This document shows, in pieces, positions 21,184 through 30,487 of a DNA stretch of 45,838 nucleotides (position 1 is its first letter; every line of letters begins with the position of its first letter). The notes under the pieces were generated by a model. That model did not search any database. It saw only the letters and a program-made list of their open reading frames with translations, and was not told where the DNA came from. Source of the stretch: a phage. The stretch lies in assembly GCA_014143165.1 (NCBI GenBank), contig GCA_014143165.1_4843.1; one strand, written 5' to 3'. The translations under genes and the position numbers were made by a program.

Positions 21184-21557
21184 TTTTTCACCTTTAAGTT
21201 GTGTTTTGTTAATTCATTAATGACATCATTTTGGTCGCACAGCAGCAAATGCATATTGCTTAGGTCAATCTCAATTGCTGCGCGAGATGCTTGCCATGTT
21301 TGCCAGTGACCTTGGACATCATCAATCACATACTGACCACCAACATTACCACTGCCAACCTCGTGGTGATTTTCAGGGTAACGAACAAGGTCTGATTCCT
21401 CACCTCCGCGTCGCAACCAGCTTGTTTCAAACTGCTCTCTACTCGTCATCTTCACTTCCTCCACTATCCATCCCATCTCTTTACGGTTATTGGCAATAAA
21501 CTCATCTGATGTCACAAACAGAGTTCTGCCGGATTTATGCTTAATAGCCCATCTCAT
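21180..21557 (-). CDS. Hypothetical protein
   Basis: 125-aa ORF in the leftward small-gene block. Confidence 0.55.
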   Translation of the reverse strand: MRWAIKHKSGRTLFVTSDEFIANNRKEMGWIVEEVKMTSREQFETSWLRRGGEESDLVRYPENHHEVGSGNVGGQYVIDDVQGHWQTWQASRAAIEIDLSNMHLLLCDQNDVINELTKHNLKVKK

Positions 21558-21682
21558 TTAGTGCATCCTCAGCAAGTTTGCGGAACATGATTTGCACTCT
21601 TGCCACCTTACGCCATTCCGCTTCGGTGAGAATCACATCCTCATGCTGCGGCATTCCCGACATTTCGCATGGCGGTAATGGC

Positions 21683-22171
21683 TCATACTCTTGCTTCTTG
21701 CGTTTGGCTTTCCCCATAATGACCCCTCACATTGCGAAGAAGTGAATTGAACAGGTTGCTGACGTTAACTTCCTGCTCACGCCACGAATAACGCCACAGC
21801 TTCTTGTGGTGGTCATAGCTTCGCGTCACATCACCGTTATGAAACATGATGCGGATTCTGCTTTTCACGATTCGGTAATCAATACCAGTGGCTACGCTGA
21901 TTTCTTTCACTTCCGCGCCAGCATTATCAAGCAGGTGACACTTAATCGCATCATCAATGCCAGCAGCATCATCAGAGATGAAATATTTATACTGCCACTT
22001 GCCACCACGAATCACTGACTTCTCACGGCGAATGAAGCCAAGAGCAAGCATCTCATGCAAACGATGCGTTGTAGTGCTTGAATGTTTTCCGCTGCAATGC
22101 TTCTCAATGTATGCGCGAGTTGCACCAGGATGATTGATAATCACGCGCATGATTTGTGATTTATAATCCAT
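21683..22171 (-). CDS. Putative winged-helix DNA-binding protein
   Basis: The track ORF begins at 22336. The ATG at 22171 (MDYKSQIMRVIINHPGATRAYIEKH...) has AAGGA upstream. MarR-like wHTH segments are present (HRLHEMLALGFIRRE). Confidence 0.5.
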   Translation of the reverse strand: MDYKSQIMRVIINHPGATRAYIEKHCSGKHSSTTTHRLHEMLALGFIRREKSVIRGGKWQYKYFISDDAAGIDDAIKCHLLDNAGAEVKEISVATGIDYRIVKSRIRIMFHNGDVTRSYDHHKKLWRYSWREQEVNVSNLFNSLLRNVRGHYGESQTQEARV

Positions 22172-22418
22172 AATCGCGTTCCTTTGCTGCATGATTGAAG
22201 TCGTCGGCTGTGTAGAGGTGTCCGTTGCGGGTATTCCATCTTCCCTTTGCGCTACGTAATCTGACGTATTCTTCACTTTTCTTGCCACAATCAAGGCATT
22301 CAATAATCCATCCGTGAGGTACTGCGCAAGGAACAACCCTTAAGCCACCGCAATTATCACACTCTAGCAATCCGTGCTCATTCATCATCGGCATATATGG
22401 CACTGTCATTTTATCCAT
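22161..22418 (-). CDS. Lar-family restriction-alleviation-like zinc-ribbon protein
   Basis: 85 aa. C.NCGG...(16)...C.DCG...(13)A..RWNTR matches the Lar family pattern (CxxCG ... CxxCG ... WNxR). Confidence 0.55.
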   Translation of the reverse strand: MDKMTVPYMPMMNEHGLLECDNCGGLRVVPCAVPHGWIIECLDCGKKSEEYVRLRSAKGRWNTRNGHLYTADDFNHAAKERDYGL

Positions 22419-22600
22419 TCTCCAATGTTGTTAAATTTAGGCGTATCACCAGACCAGTCGATAACGTCTCTTTGCTGACTGCGTTTGCGTTGCAGGCGGT
22501 TTCGCACCTCTCGCAGTTCACATTCCAGCCATTCGCAAGTACGCTCAACTTCATCCAGTCGCTGGATTAGCGATTGCTCGTACAGTTCGTCATGCGCCAT
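22406..22600 (-). CDS. Hypothetical protein
   Basis: 64-aa helical ORF. Confidence 0.5.
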   Translation of the reverse strand: MAHDELYEQSLIQRLDEVERTCEWLECELREVRNRLQRKRSQQRDVIDWSGDTPKFNNIGEWIK

Positions 22601-22660
22601 TTATAATTTCTCCCGTAGAATTTGATAACAACGTGCTCAACGCACAGATAACCTTCATCT

Positions 22661-22858
22661 TCAACCGTTACTGGTTGAACTATAAACCAACGCAGATATA
22701 AGTTCGTCAGCCTTTTCACGACCTGCAACCTCCGCTTCAAGCGCCAGTGAACACATGGCAGTTTCCACATACTTAATGGTATCTTCGCGAACGTTAAGGA
22801 TTTCCATAACCTCGCGCACCTCTTTCTGATATCTCGCTGCTATTTCTTTGTATTGCAT
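22661..22858 (-). CDS. Hypothetical protein
   Basis: The track ORF starts at 22888. The ATG at 22858 (MQYKEIAARYQKE...) has GGTGATGTGG upstream. Confidence 0.5.
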   Translation of the reverse strand: MQYKEIAARYQKEVREVMEILNVREDTIKYVETAMCSLALEAEVAGREKADELISALVYSSTSNG

Positions 22859-22880
22859 TTCCACATCACCTTTTCCGTTG

Positions 22881-22924
22881 TGGTACAATCTACGTCAATA
22901 AGTATTGACTAAATGATGTAGATT
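22881..22924. promoter_or_regulatory. Divergent promoter / operator region
   Basis: TGgTACAAT (22881-22889, plus strand) is an extended -10. An imperfect inverted repeat AATCTACGTCAATA (22887-22900) / TAAATGATGTAGATT (22910-22924) carries two copies of the GAYGTAGATT motif. Confidence 0.5.
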
Positions 22925-22958
22925 GGTCAACAATAATTTCCGAAAAGGAGTAGTAAAT

Positions 22959-23174
22959 ATGCCAAGACCACGACGCGAGCCGATGGACATTATCACCAGC
23001 ATTGTGGAGAAGCGGCAGCCGCTGACGCTCCGTGATGTTCGCTACTTTGCCCGTTGCTATGTGGCGCTGGCTGATATGTCTAAAAATGACATGTATGATT
23101 TAATTCGTGCCAACTTCAGTGTTGACGAGAATAACAAAGTCACAATAAAGGAGAGTGATGATGGATTGGAATGA
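22959..23174 (+). CDS. Hypothetical protein
   Basis: The ATG at 22959 (MPRPRREPMDII...) has AAGGAG 8 nt upstream. The track ORF starts earlier at 22923. Confidence 0.5.
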   Translation: MPRPRREPMDIITSIVEKRQPLTLRDVRYFARCYVALADMSKNDMYDLIRANFSVDENNKVTIKESDDGLE

Positions 23175-23643
23175 TGTGTTCGAATACCGTGATGGGTTGC
23201 TATATTGGAAGATAAAAACAAACAGAAACATGAAAATAGGGAGGATGGCAGGAAGCATGGCAGGTAATGGGTACATGCAGGTTCATTGCTTTGGAAAAGT
23301 GCGACTGATGCATAGAATAATTTGGGAAATGCACAATGGTGAGATACCGGAGGGGATGGAGATTGATCATATAAACCACATTCGTGATGATAATAGGATT
23401 GAGAATCTCAGATTGGTAAGCAGAAAGCAGAACGCCAAGAATCTTTCTATGCGATCTGATAACACGAGTAATGTTGTCGGAGTTAGTTGGGATAATAAGA
23501 GTAAGAAATGGTATGCAAAGATTGCCGTGAACGGAAAGCAGATTGCGCTTGGCAGATTCTCAAACTTGTCAATGGCTGCAGAGTGCAGAAAAGCAGCTGA
23601 GGAAAAATATTGTTTCCATAAAAATCACGGAGCATTAAAGTAA
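23155..23643 (+). CDS. HNH homing endonuclease with AP2-like DNA-binding domain
   Basis: 162 aa. The HNH_3-type core is present (GYMQV...HRIIWEMHNGEIPEGMEIDHINHIRDDNRIENLRLV), followed by GVSWDNKSKKWYAKIAVNGKQIALGRF..MAAECRKAAE (AP2 domain). Confidence 0.85.
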   Translation: MMMDWNDVFEYRDGLLYWKIKTNRNMKIGRMAGSMAGNGYMQVHCFGKVRLMHRIIWEMHNGEIPEGMEIDHINHIRDDNRIENLRLVSRKQNAKNLSMRSDNTSNVVGVSWDNKSKKWYAKIAVNGKQIALGRFSNLSMAAECRKAAEEKYCFHKNHGALK

Positions 23644-23913
23644 ATGAAAGATACAGATCAACTCATCACCGAACGCGGCAATCGATACGGTAAATTCAAA
23701 GATGGCGCTGAAATTATGCAGGAACTGAAAGATGTGATGCGAGAAGTGGATGGATGGCATAATCTCACACCAAGCCAACGCGAGGCACTCGACATGATTC
23801 AGCACAAGATTGGGCGCATCCTGAATGGCGACCCGACATATGATGATAGCTGGAAGGATATTGCTGGCTATGCAACGTTAATTGTTAATGAACTGAATGG
23901 AGAGATTAAATAA
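23644..23913 (+). CDS. Hypothetical protein (DUF6378-like, tentative)
   Basis: 89 aa. The N-terminal ERGNRYGKF and the helical remainder resemble a common phage family of unknown function. Confidence 0.5.
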   Translation: MKDTDQLITERGNRYGKFKDGAEIMQELKDVMREVDGWHNLTPSQREALDMIQHKIGRILNGDPTYDDSWKDIAGYATLIVNELNGEIK

Positions 23914-24221
23914 TGGCATTCTGCGACATCACCATCGCGCAACGAAACGCGAACTATACCAACATTGCTGACACATCAGCACAACTGGTATCACTGAACA
24001 GTGACGGCGGCGCAGTGCTGAAAATCGGCACTGAAACAGCGCAATTCATCGTGCAGAACCTGTCGCAGGCAAACGCGAAGCAGATGCTGATTAGCACTGG
24101 CAGCGTGCTGTTTTTGGCTGGTAATTACAATGCACCTAATCTTGAGTGTTCGCTGGTGCGCATCATTGAAACTGCGACTGAGGAATCTATTGATGAGCCA
24201 GCAACATTGCCAGCAGAGTGA
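23913..24221 (+). CDS. Hypothetical protein
   Basis: 102-aa ORF, ATAATG-coupled to the upstream gene. Confidence 0.5.
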   Translation: MAFCDITIAQRNANYTNIADTSAQLVSLNSDGGAVLKIGTETAQFIVQNLSQANAKQMLISTGSVLFLAGNYNAPNLECSLVRIIETATEESIDEPATLPAE

Positions 24222-24352
24222 ACCACCAAAACCATCGGCATGGTGCGAGGAAATGGAACGCAATGCGAAAGATGGCGATGAGGCGTATGTTTATTTCCAG
24301 CTAAAGTAGATGTGGAAACAGAGAGAAAACTCAGAGCAAGCCAATTAAACAC

Positions 24353-24376
24353 AAGCCCCGTCATGGGGCTTTTTTT
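24353..24376. terminator. Intrinsic terminator between convergent blocks
   Basis: AAGCCCC-GTCAT-GGGGCTT (24353-24371) followed by T6. Confidence 0.8.
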
Positions 24377-24717
24377 CATCCCTTAAACCTTATCCAGCCG
24401 AACATCCTGACACCAAGCCACATAACGCCAGCTCTCAGTGATGAAACACCACTATCCTTTAATGCCTGCCTGAAGCAATCATCAGCAAAATGCCTGTCTG
24501 AATGGGTGGCGTACAGATAGTCATGAACGGCTGAGGCTTTCTGACCAACGTCACCAATAGAAGCGAACAGGTAAGGAAGCCTCGGGCCACTGGCAAAATC
24601 AGTGCGAAATCCTGCTGGAACTTTTATTTCCTGATTCCTGAACTCATAGATTAATGGCTCCATTAGCGTCCACGTTGAGTTTTTGTTCAGCTTGACGATA
24701 AGGTCGGATTTGAACAT
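24376..24717 (-). CDS. DUF1353-family protein
   Basis: 113 aa. VPAGFRTDFASGPR ... AVHDYLY ... ADDCFRQAL matches the DUF1353 pattern. Confidence 0.65.
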   Translation of the reverse strand: MFKSDLIVKLNKNSTWTLMEPLIYEFRNQEIKVPAGFRTDFASGPRLPYLFASIGDVGQKASAVHDYLYATHSDRHFADDCFRQALKDSGVSSLRAGVMWLGVRMFGWIRFKG

Positions 24718-25206
24718 TTATTTTTGTCTCCTTGTCAGTGATTCATATTGCTTCTGGCACGCTAATCCCGCTTCTCTTGCCCTGTCAGCGTAATCTGCCA
24801 GTTGTCGATTTCTTTCGACAGATTTGCTGAGCACGTCTCCAAGCAAAACTCCGGTTTCTGCGGCTGGATTGCCAATGGACTCAGTGGTGGAATATCCGAC
24901 GAGCTGCTTGCGGATGTTTGCAAGTTGTTGCTGCAACCTGCCAGACTTAGCGGCAGCATTAACAGCATCATTGCGCGCAGCATCAATCCTTTGCTGTGCA
25001 TCAGCCTGAATCTTTTGCAGTTCTGCATTGCGTCGTTGCTCCTCTTGTTCGTCTGCGGCCTTCTGGTCTTCGATAGCTTGAGCTTTGCCTTCTGCGTATC
25101 GCTGGTCGCCGTACTCTATAACCCCTCCACGAATCCACAACGCGCTAGCGGCAACAATTATAATAATTGCCAGCGGTCGCCAGTATTTAGCGAGAATCGA
25201 CATCAT
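24718..25206 (-). CDS. i-spanin (Rz-like)
   Basis: 162 aa. An N-terminal TM (YWRPLAIIIIVAASALWI) is followed by a charged coiled-coil periplasmic domain. It contains a nested lipoprotein ORF in the +1 frame. Confidence 0.8.
   Translation of the reverse strand: MMSILAKYWRPLAIIIIVAASALWIRGGVIEYGDQRYAEGKAQAIEDQKAADEQEEQRRNAELQKIQADAQQRIDAARNDAVNAAAKSGRLQQQLANIRKQLVGYSTTESIGNPAAETGVLLGDVLSKSVERNRQLADYADRAREAGLACQKQYESLTRRQK
24762..24983 (-). CDS. o-spanin (Rz1-like lipoprotein), nested in the i-spanin gene
   Basis: MLRAMMLLMLPLSLAGCSNN..: a signal peptide with lipobox LAGC and a Pro-rich mature part, fully embedded in 24718-25206. The start is taken at the internal ATG 24983; 25001 is also possible. 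Confidence 0.75.
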   Translation of the reverse strand: MLRAMMLLMLPLSLAGCSNNLQTSASSSSDIPPLSPLAIQPQKPEFCLETCSANLSKEIDNWQITLTGQEKRD

Positions 25207-25426
25207 CGCGCAGCCTCCGGTTTTCCTTCCTCATGCCGTGCATTTTGCTGAGGATGCCAACAAGCATGATTGAGTAGCTCACACCTTTAACCACGATTGG
25301 CGGTAGCGCCGCTTTCAGGTCATCCGGCATCATTACCCACACATGCATCATTGCATCAGGCCATAGCTGTAACAATGAGCAGAATGAAATCCACGCGCCG
25401 AGCAGCCAGTTGCTTAGCTTTTTCAT
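25187..25426 (-). CDS. Holin-like small membrane protein
   Basis: 79 aa with two hydrophobic segments and a highly charged C-terminus (KENRRLRDDVDSR). Lies between the endolysin and the spanins. Confidence 0.5.
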   Translation of the reverse strand: MKKLSNWLLGAWISFCSLLQLWPDAMMHVWVMMPDDLKAALPPIVVKGVSYSIMLVGILSKMHGMRKENRRLRDDVDSR

Positions 25427-25863
25427 TGCCCCATATACATAGCGCGCTCTGCGTTACGCCTCCGCGTCAGGCCATTCATAACCTTGCCAGCAGCACGATT
25501 CCACACGAGGAACTGACTCGCTGCGCAGGTGTAGCACTTCTCATTATGTTTGCGCAGCAGAGTTGATTTGCGGAAATTTCCCAGACCGATGTTGTAGGCC
25601 AGAGACACCATTGCATCGAATTGCGACTGAGTGGTTGGCGCAGCTAACAGTGCTGACACGCCATCCTCAAACTTCTTCACGTCACTATCCAGCCATGCGT
25701 TAGCCATTTCCTGCGTCACTGTCATTCCAGGCTTCACGTCTGCGCCAGTGTGGCCATATCCAGCAGTCCACGGAGCGCCACCCGTAGCCGGGTCAGGATA
25801 AGCACTAAGCTCCAGCCCTTCAAATGACTTGATGAGTTCTTTGCCGCGTTGCGATAGTTTCAT
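25423..25863 (-). CDS. Endolysin, T4-lysozyme-like (GH24)
   Basis: 146 aa. LIKSFEGLELSAYPDPA..GAPWTAGYGHT and later conserved blocks (QFDAMVSLAYNIG, RRRNAE) are typical of GH24 phage lysozymes. Confidence 0.9.
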   Translation of the reverse strand: MKLSQRGKELIKSFEGLELSAYPDPATGGAPWTAGYGHTGADVKPGMTVTQEMANAWLDSDVKKFEDGVSALLAAPTTQSQFDAMVSLAYNIGLGNFRKSTLLRKHNEKCYTCAASQFLVWNRAAGKVMNGLTRRRNAERAMYMGQ

Positions 25864-25889
25864 TCTGCCTCCTGTTCAAATAATGATTA

Positions 25890-25898
25890 ATTCTATCA
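25890..25898 (-). promoter_or_regulatory. Extended -10 promoter TGATAGAAT (leftward, drives lysis cassette)
   Basis: The reverse complement of 25890-25898 is TGATAGAAT, 27 nt upstream of the endolysin ATG. AGGAGG serves as SD. Confidence 0.5.
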
Positions 25899-25906
25899 CA
25901 ATGATA

Positions 25907-25937
25907 TTGACGTAGATTGAGTGGTGGTGCATAGTAT
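25907..25937 (+). promoter_or_regulatory. Promoter TTGACG-17-CATAGT(AT) with flanking inverted GAYGTAGAT motifs
   Basis: TTGACG at 25907-25912. GACGTAGATT (25909-25918) and the inverted GATGTAGATA (25935-25944) form an imperfect inverted repeat around the spacer. Confidence 0.5.
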
Positions 25938-25967
25938 CTACATCAAATGACGAATGAGGAATAAAAG

Positions 25968-26351
25968 ATGGGAATGTACACAGAATTGGTTCTGAAGTGT
26001 CAAATCAAGGGCGACGCACCGAAAGAGGTGATGGATGTAATCCAGTACATGTTTGCTGGTGCAGATGAGCCAGCAAAGCTTCCTGAGCATGAATTTTTCA
26101 CACTACCGCGCTGGGATTCCATTGGTAACTGCTGTAGCTTTTACCATCACCCATCAGTAGTCAATAGTTGCCCAAAATTTGACTACAGCGAAGAGCAATA
26201 CATCTTCAGTCGTAGCGATATCAAAAACTATAGCGGTGAGATTCAGGCATTTCTGGATTGGGTAAAGCCTTACATTGACGCAATGGAAGGCCAGTGCATT
26301 GGTTGGACTTGGTATGAAGAAGAATTGCAGCCTACATTAATTATCTTTTAA
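25968..26351 (+). CDS. Hypothetical protein
   Basis: 127-aa ORF, first gene of the plus-strand cassette. Confidence 0.55.
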   Translation: MGMYTELVLKCQIKGDAPKEVMDVIQYMFAGADEPAKLPEHEFFTLPRWDSIGNCCSFYHHPSVVNSCPKFDYSEEQYIFSRSDIKNYSGEIQAFLDWVKPYIDAMEGQCIGWTWYEEELQPTLIIF

Positions 26352-26360
26352 GGTTAAATC

Positions 26361-26504
26361 ATGGTAATGGTCAAATTCAAAGAAAACGGACGCTGCGGAG
26401 TGTTCAATCTTGAGCAAATCAAAATCCGTCCGTGCGGTAAGGTGGTTGCGCCATTTGGTATGGTGCAGATGCGCGAAGTTGAGATTGTTGAATATATTAA
26501 GTGA
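26361..26504 (+). CDS. Hypothetical small protein (47 aa)
   Basis: Hand-translated: MVMVKFKENGRCGVFNLEQIKIRPCGKVVAPFGMVQMREVEIVEYIK. AAGG lies upstream, and it fills the gap between neighbouring genes. Confidence 0.4.
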   Translation: MVMVKFKENGRCGVFNLEQIKIRPCGKVVAPFGMVQMREVEIVEYIK

Positions 26505-26510
26505 GGTTGC

Positions 26511-26762
26511 ATGAAAGAGTTTAAGGGAATCCCGGGGTCGTGGCATTACGATGATGAACTTGGTTGGGTCTATATTAAAGGCAGCCAATTCGTGTGCGAT
26601 GTTACCGATAAGGATAATGCCAACCTCATCGCCGCAGCGCCTGAGCTTCTGGAGGCTTTGCAGAAAATGCTCAGCAAAGCGTATAAGCAAAACTGGAATG
26701 ATGCATACCCAGAAGAGCTTAAATCAGCACAGAGTGCAATCAACAAAGCACTGGGAGAATGA
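26511..26762 (+). CDS. Hypothetical protein (AAAPELLEAL-motif phage family)
   Basis: 83 aa. NANLIAAAPELLEALQ is a motif recurrent in small enterobacterial phage proteins of unknown function. Confidence 0.55.
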   Translation: MKEFKGIPGSWHYDDELGWVYIKGSQFVCDVTDKDNANLIAAAPELLEALQKMLSKAYKQNWNDAYPEELKSAQSAINKALGE

Positions 26763-26763
26763 A

Positions 26764-27369
26764 ATGAAACTTATCGACCTGTTAGTTCAAGAATTACCTA
26801 AGCGTGGCGGGTGGCCTCATAATGCTCTGTCAATTACTCAAGATGATGACGGTTCGCTGTGTGTATGGGACACGAATGATCCCCACTATGATGGATTTTC
26901 ATGGAAACATCACACTGGGAATAGCCTTGTGCATTACTGGCATGGAATTGAGGACGTACCTTTATCTTGCGACCACAGGGAGTCGATAGTGACCTATTGG
27001 CAATATAAAGCAGCACTCGCCGCATCGCAAAAGCCAACATGGAACGGCGAAGGTCTTCCTCCTGCTGGGTGTGAGTGTGAGTTTATAAGCAACGACACAT
27101 CATGGGGAGTTGTCAGAGTTATTGGAATGGATGATGACAAGGTTGTAATTAAGCCGTCTGGAGAAATTTATTACGGAATAACTCCATCTAATAGACAGGT
27201 ATTCCGCCCACTCCGCACAGAAGCGGAAATGAAGCATGAGGCAGTGCTTGAATCTATCTGCGCGGTATTAGAGATGGTAGCGCAGGATTACAAGCGCAGT
27301 GATGAGGCCAAACTCATTTATGAAGCTATCGCAGCAGGAAAGATTCCCGGCGTTAAACTGGATGATTAA
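26764..27369 (+). CDS. Hypothetical protein
   Basis: The track ORF (26551) overlaps the previous gene. The in-frame ATG at 26764 (MKLIDLLVQELPKRGGWP...) directly follows its stop. Confidence 0.55.
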   Translation: MKLIDLLVQELPKRGGWPHNALSITQDDDGSLCVWDTNDPHYDGFSWKHHTGNSLVHYWHGIEDVPLSCDHRESIVTYWQYKAALAASQKPTWNGEGLPPAGCECEFISNDTSWGVVRVIGMDDDKVVIKPSGEIYYGITPSNRQVFRPLRTEAEMKHEAVLESICAVLEMVAQDYKRSDEAKLIYEAIAAGKIPGVKLDD

Positions 27370-27449
27370 AACAATATTCAGCGTCGTAGAGATATTGTGC
27401 TATGCGATAATAATATTTGTTCTGTGCATGCTGATAAGATAAATCAAAT

Positions 27450-27474
27450 CCCTCACTTAGAGGGCTTTTTGTTT
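27450..27474 (+). terminator. Intrinsic terminator
   Basis: CCCTC-ACTTA-GAGGG followed by CTTTTTGTTT. It overlaps the 3' end of the convergent minus-strand gene. Confidence 0.65.
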
Positions 27475-28403
27475 GCCAGTTGCCATGCTTCGCGCTGTTT
27501 ATCAAGTCTTCCCTGTGACGACTCAAGAATAACTGGCTTGCCATCCATTAACAATGCAGGTGCTTGCGCGCAGTGACAATTATATCTGTTGCCATTCTCG
27601 CTGTAGAACGTGTCAATTTCTTCTGGCGTGTAAAACCGTCCATGCCGTGCCGCATGAGTCTGGCGGGTTGTGCGCATTAATGCAGATTGCCACAGCATTA
27701 CCGTCTCAATACCCAACTCCTCGCGCGCCTCAATGACTTCTTTCCTGTTAGCCTGCCGCAGTGTTCCGGTGATTTCAGTCTGCGCTATCTGTTTCGCGTA
27801 GCTGTGAGACACATCGACACGCTTAACGATATCATCTTCAACATCGCGAGGGTTAGCGCCGCGAGCAATGCCTTCCATAATGACAGATGCCAGTTGCTGG
27901 CGGGAGTAATCACTCAATCCGCGCCAGTCTGAATATCCTGCTGTGTACGCCAATTGGAGTCGACTCAGGTAAGCTTCACTGTAGAGTATCGCGGCAATCG
28001 GCCTCTGTTCTGCATAAACAGGAGACAGACTTGACAGTTCAGAGTTAGCCTTCTGCGTGCCAGCCTGATACGCATCACCAATGAACACGTTAGCCCACAG
28101 TCTGCCGTGACTGAAATCATCACCTTCAAGCAGAATCTCGTCAATCAGCGCCTGCAACTCATCCATGAACGTGGCAGCTCGCGCGCTGCTGAAATCATAG
28201 AAATATAGGCCGCTTGATTCTGCGTTAGCCTGACTACTCGGAATAGTGCGAAACAACTCAAGCGCACGAGTCCTGAGTTGTTTGTATTTACGCGTTATAA
28301 CCTTGTCCATTTTAGACAAGCGAGTCGCAGCGCCCAACGGGTCGGTCAGGCTCTGTGATATGCGCGGTTGGGGAAGTCTTGTGTTAAACCTGAGTATCTT
28401 CAT
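27453..28403 (-). CDS. Head morphogenesis protein (SPP1 gp7 / Mu F-like)
   Basis: Follows the portal gene. The C-terminal part ([18 protein letters not shown]...NCHCA) matches the gp7/MuF family signature. The start is taken at ATG 28403 (MKILRF...); the track ORF extends to 28484. Confidence 0.75.
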   Translation of the reverse strand: MKILRFNTRLPQPRISQSLTDPLGAATRLSKMDKVITRKYKQLRTRALELFRTIPSSQANAESSGLYFYDFSSARAATFMDELQALIDEILLEGDDFSHGRLWANVFIGDAYQAGTQKANSELSSLSPVYAEQRPIAAILYSEAYLSRLQLAYTAGYSDWRGLSDYSRQQLASVIMEGIARGANPRDVEDDIVKRVDVSHSYAKQIAQTEITGTLRQANRKEVIEAREELGIETVMLWQSALMRTTRQTHAARHGRFYTPEEIDTFYSENGNRYNCHCAQAPALLMDGKPVILESSQGRLDKQREAWQLANKKPSK

Positions 28404-29796
28404 TTTCGTCTTCCGGTGGTGTGTCTTCGCGGTAGGCTTCGTCGAGTTCAATCGGGTCCATACCAACCATGCCGCGAGCCTCATCGACGGTCAGCAATGC
28501 AGATTGACCAGCATCAAAGAACGACTTGTTCGCAGTGGCGAGTTTAGCCAGCAATTCAGCTTTATCCAGTTCCGATGGTGCCAGCAGGTCATCCCATTTA
28601 ACCTTGTAGCCATTTGCCGTGGCTTTATCGACAATGCCGAACTGAATCATGCGCTCAACGAACATTGAAATAACATAGTCAACCCACGTTTCACGGCGCT
28701 GTTTGGCGGTCATCGCCTCCTGCATCTTGTCTTCATCACTCGCAAGGCGTCCGGTTTGCTGACCAAAAATGACGGTGAACGGAAGCGCCATTGATGCAGC
28801 GAACTGGTTGGCTGCCACCTCCCATGTGGGTTTCGGGTCAGCTGGAGTCACAGCGAGAACTTTTGCATCCGCACCCATTGTGAACATAGCGGCGTCGATG
28901 CCTGAGTTTAACGCCTCAATGTTCTCATTCATGATGTCGGTAAGTTCTTCAATATCGACACCCATCGACTGCGCAAGACTTGCTGGCGTTACGTTATCTT
29001 TCGTGTAGTTAACTGCCAGTTGACGGCTGGCATTCTTCAGGAAGCCTTCTGCTGAGCTACCGGAAACCTTCGCCATGTCGATAAGGCTGTTGTAGCCAGC
29101 ACGCAACATCGGGATGCCACTGAACATGCTGCCGTCAAAACTACCCTCAGCCAGAATAATGATGCGGTCAGGGTGAATCTGTACAGAACGCTCAGGTTTG
29201 CCGTCGCTATCAAAGTCCTCCACGGCGCTTTCCTGGTATTCGTACATCTCAGGCATGCCGTAGTCTTCGCTGGTTTCATCGTTATTCCATGCGCTGGCGC
29301 GGAGCTGCTCTTCCCACACTGGAATGAAGCGAACGATGGATTTATCTTTAATGCGGCGGGTTTTGGTGATATCTACCGGTTCGTTCCACTGGCGACCATC
29401 ACGGATTTGCAGGATAACAGCGGAATAGCGGTTGATGGCGTTGCGCTTGTCAGCCTCTTTGATGAACGGATATGCGCGCTTCATTATGTCGTTGATGGAT
29501 AGCTCCCACGACGTTGAGTTCTTATCATCCTCGCCATCTTCAACTACTTCAGGGTATTTCTGCCAGCATTTATTAATAATGCGGTTAATGCCAGCAGCGG
29601 CGGCTGGATGTCGCTCATAGGCGTAGCGGAACATCTCGGCGGTGATTTCCTGCGGGTATCCCAGTTCCTTCCACATAAATTCACGTTTCTGGTCCAGATT
29701 CTTCCCGCCAGCGCAAAGCCGTTGCTGCTGAATCGCCCGGTTATTGTTCGCCACGCGGTCGCGTATATAAGCGTTTAGTGCATCAATTTTGGACAT
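28384..29796 (-). CDS. Portal protein
   Basis: 470-aa ORF with an acidic C-terminus, lying in the head-gene block between TerL and the MuF-like gene. Its size is typical. Confidence 0.8.
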   Translation of the reverse strand: MSKIDALNAYIRDRVANNNRAIQQQRLCAGGKNLDQKREFMWKELGYPQEITAEMFRYAYERHPAAAAGINRIINKCWQKYPEVVEDGEDDKNSTSWELSINDIMKRAYPFIKEADKRNAINRYSAVILQIRDGRQWNEPVDITKTRRIKDKSIVRFIPVWEEQLRASAWNNDETSEDYGMPEMYEYQESAVEDFDSDGKPERSVQIHPDRIIILAEGSFDGSMFSGIPMLRAGYNSLIDMAKVSGSSAEGFLKNASRQLAVNYTKDNVTPASLAQSMGVDIEELTDIMNENIEALNSGIDAAMFTMGADAKVLAVTPADPKPTWEVAANQFAASMALPFTVIFGQQTGRLASDEDKMQEAMTAKQRRETWVDYVISMFVERMIQFGIVDKATANGYKVKWDDLLAPSELDKAELLAKLATANKSFFDAGQSALLTVDEARGMVGMDPIELDEAYREDTPPEDENEDTQV

Positions 29797-29804
29797 ATGT
29801 CACC

Positions 29805-29833
29805 AATAAAAAATCCCTCACGATGGAGGGATT
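29805..29833 (-). terminator. Intrinsic terminator / attenuator just upstream of the portal start
   Basis: AATCCCTC-CATCGT-GAGGGATT followed on the minus strand by TTTTTTATT. It ends about 8 nt before the portal ATG. Confidence 0.6.
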
Positions 29834-29858
29834 ATAGCATGACTGCTTGGCGCAAAAG

Positions 29859-30200
29859 TCATCCAAAGAACGACTTATTTGGTATTGTCGCCTCAGACTT
29901 AATTATGTATTTCCTGTAATCATCATCACCATTTTCTTTATGTGACAGATTTCCTTTCGGATTGGTTTCAAACATGCCAACAGGCAGATATTCACGAGAG
30001 AAGACGTTATGCCATTTACCATATTTTGTTAATTGACCATCTGAGTAGTGTGTTGGACCACACGCTGAACACAACTTCATCCCGCGACGCTCTGGAGCGT
30101 AAGACCAGTCAAAGAAACCCTCAAAGATACCAACGAAACCCTGAGACGACAGAGCTGTGTTCTCTACGCAGCCGCAATTATCACATTGGAATAAACTCAT
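29859..30200 (-). CDS. Hypothetical zinc-ribbon protein
   Basis: The ATG at 30200 (MSLFQCDNCGC...CSACG) has GAGGTG upstream. The track ORF extends to 30299. Confidence 0.5.
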   Translation of the reverse strand: MSLFQCDNCGCVENTALSSQGFVGIFEGFFDWSYAPERRGMKLCSACGPTHYSDGQLTKYGKWHNVFSREYLPVGMFETNPKGNLSHKENGDDDYRKYIIKSEATIPNKSFFG

Positions 30201-30229
30201 TATTTCACCTCTATTTAATATATAAATGG

Positions 30230-30478
30230 TCACTTGTTGCGATTTCGATTTCTGTATGCCGGATAGAATTTTGACAGAGGCCACACCCAGAATTTCCACA
30301 GCATCTCATCGTAGCTTGGTAGCGCCTCATGAAACACCCTCCCGGAGGAATAACCATCAGGGTCTTCTGTATAGAAGTAGTCTATAAATCTCCCACGGGC
30401 GATATAAACAAGCTGATGTCTTATCAGGATATAAACAAAGAACGCCGTAACGATAAGAGTAAGAATTATTCCTATCAT
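30230..30478 (-). CDS. Hypothetical membrane protein
   Basis: MIGIILTLIVTAFFVYILI is an N-terminal TM segment. AAGGTGGAG lies upstream of the ATG at 30478. Confidence 0.5.
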   Translation of the reverse strand: MIGIILTLIVTAFFVYILIRHQLVYIARGRFIDYFYTEDPDGYSSGRVFHEALPSYDEMLWKFWVWPLSKFYPAYRNRNRNK

Positions 30479-30487
30479 CACTCCACC

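Noticed and set aside
26337-26690. 117-aa minus-strand ORF
   Set aside because: It is antisense to two well-formed, SD-preceded plus-strand genes (26361-26504 and 26511-26762) inside a plus-strand cassette. It has no SD and no minus-strand promoter context.
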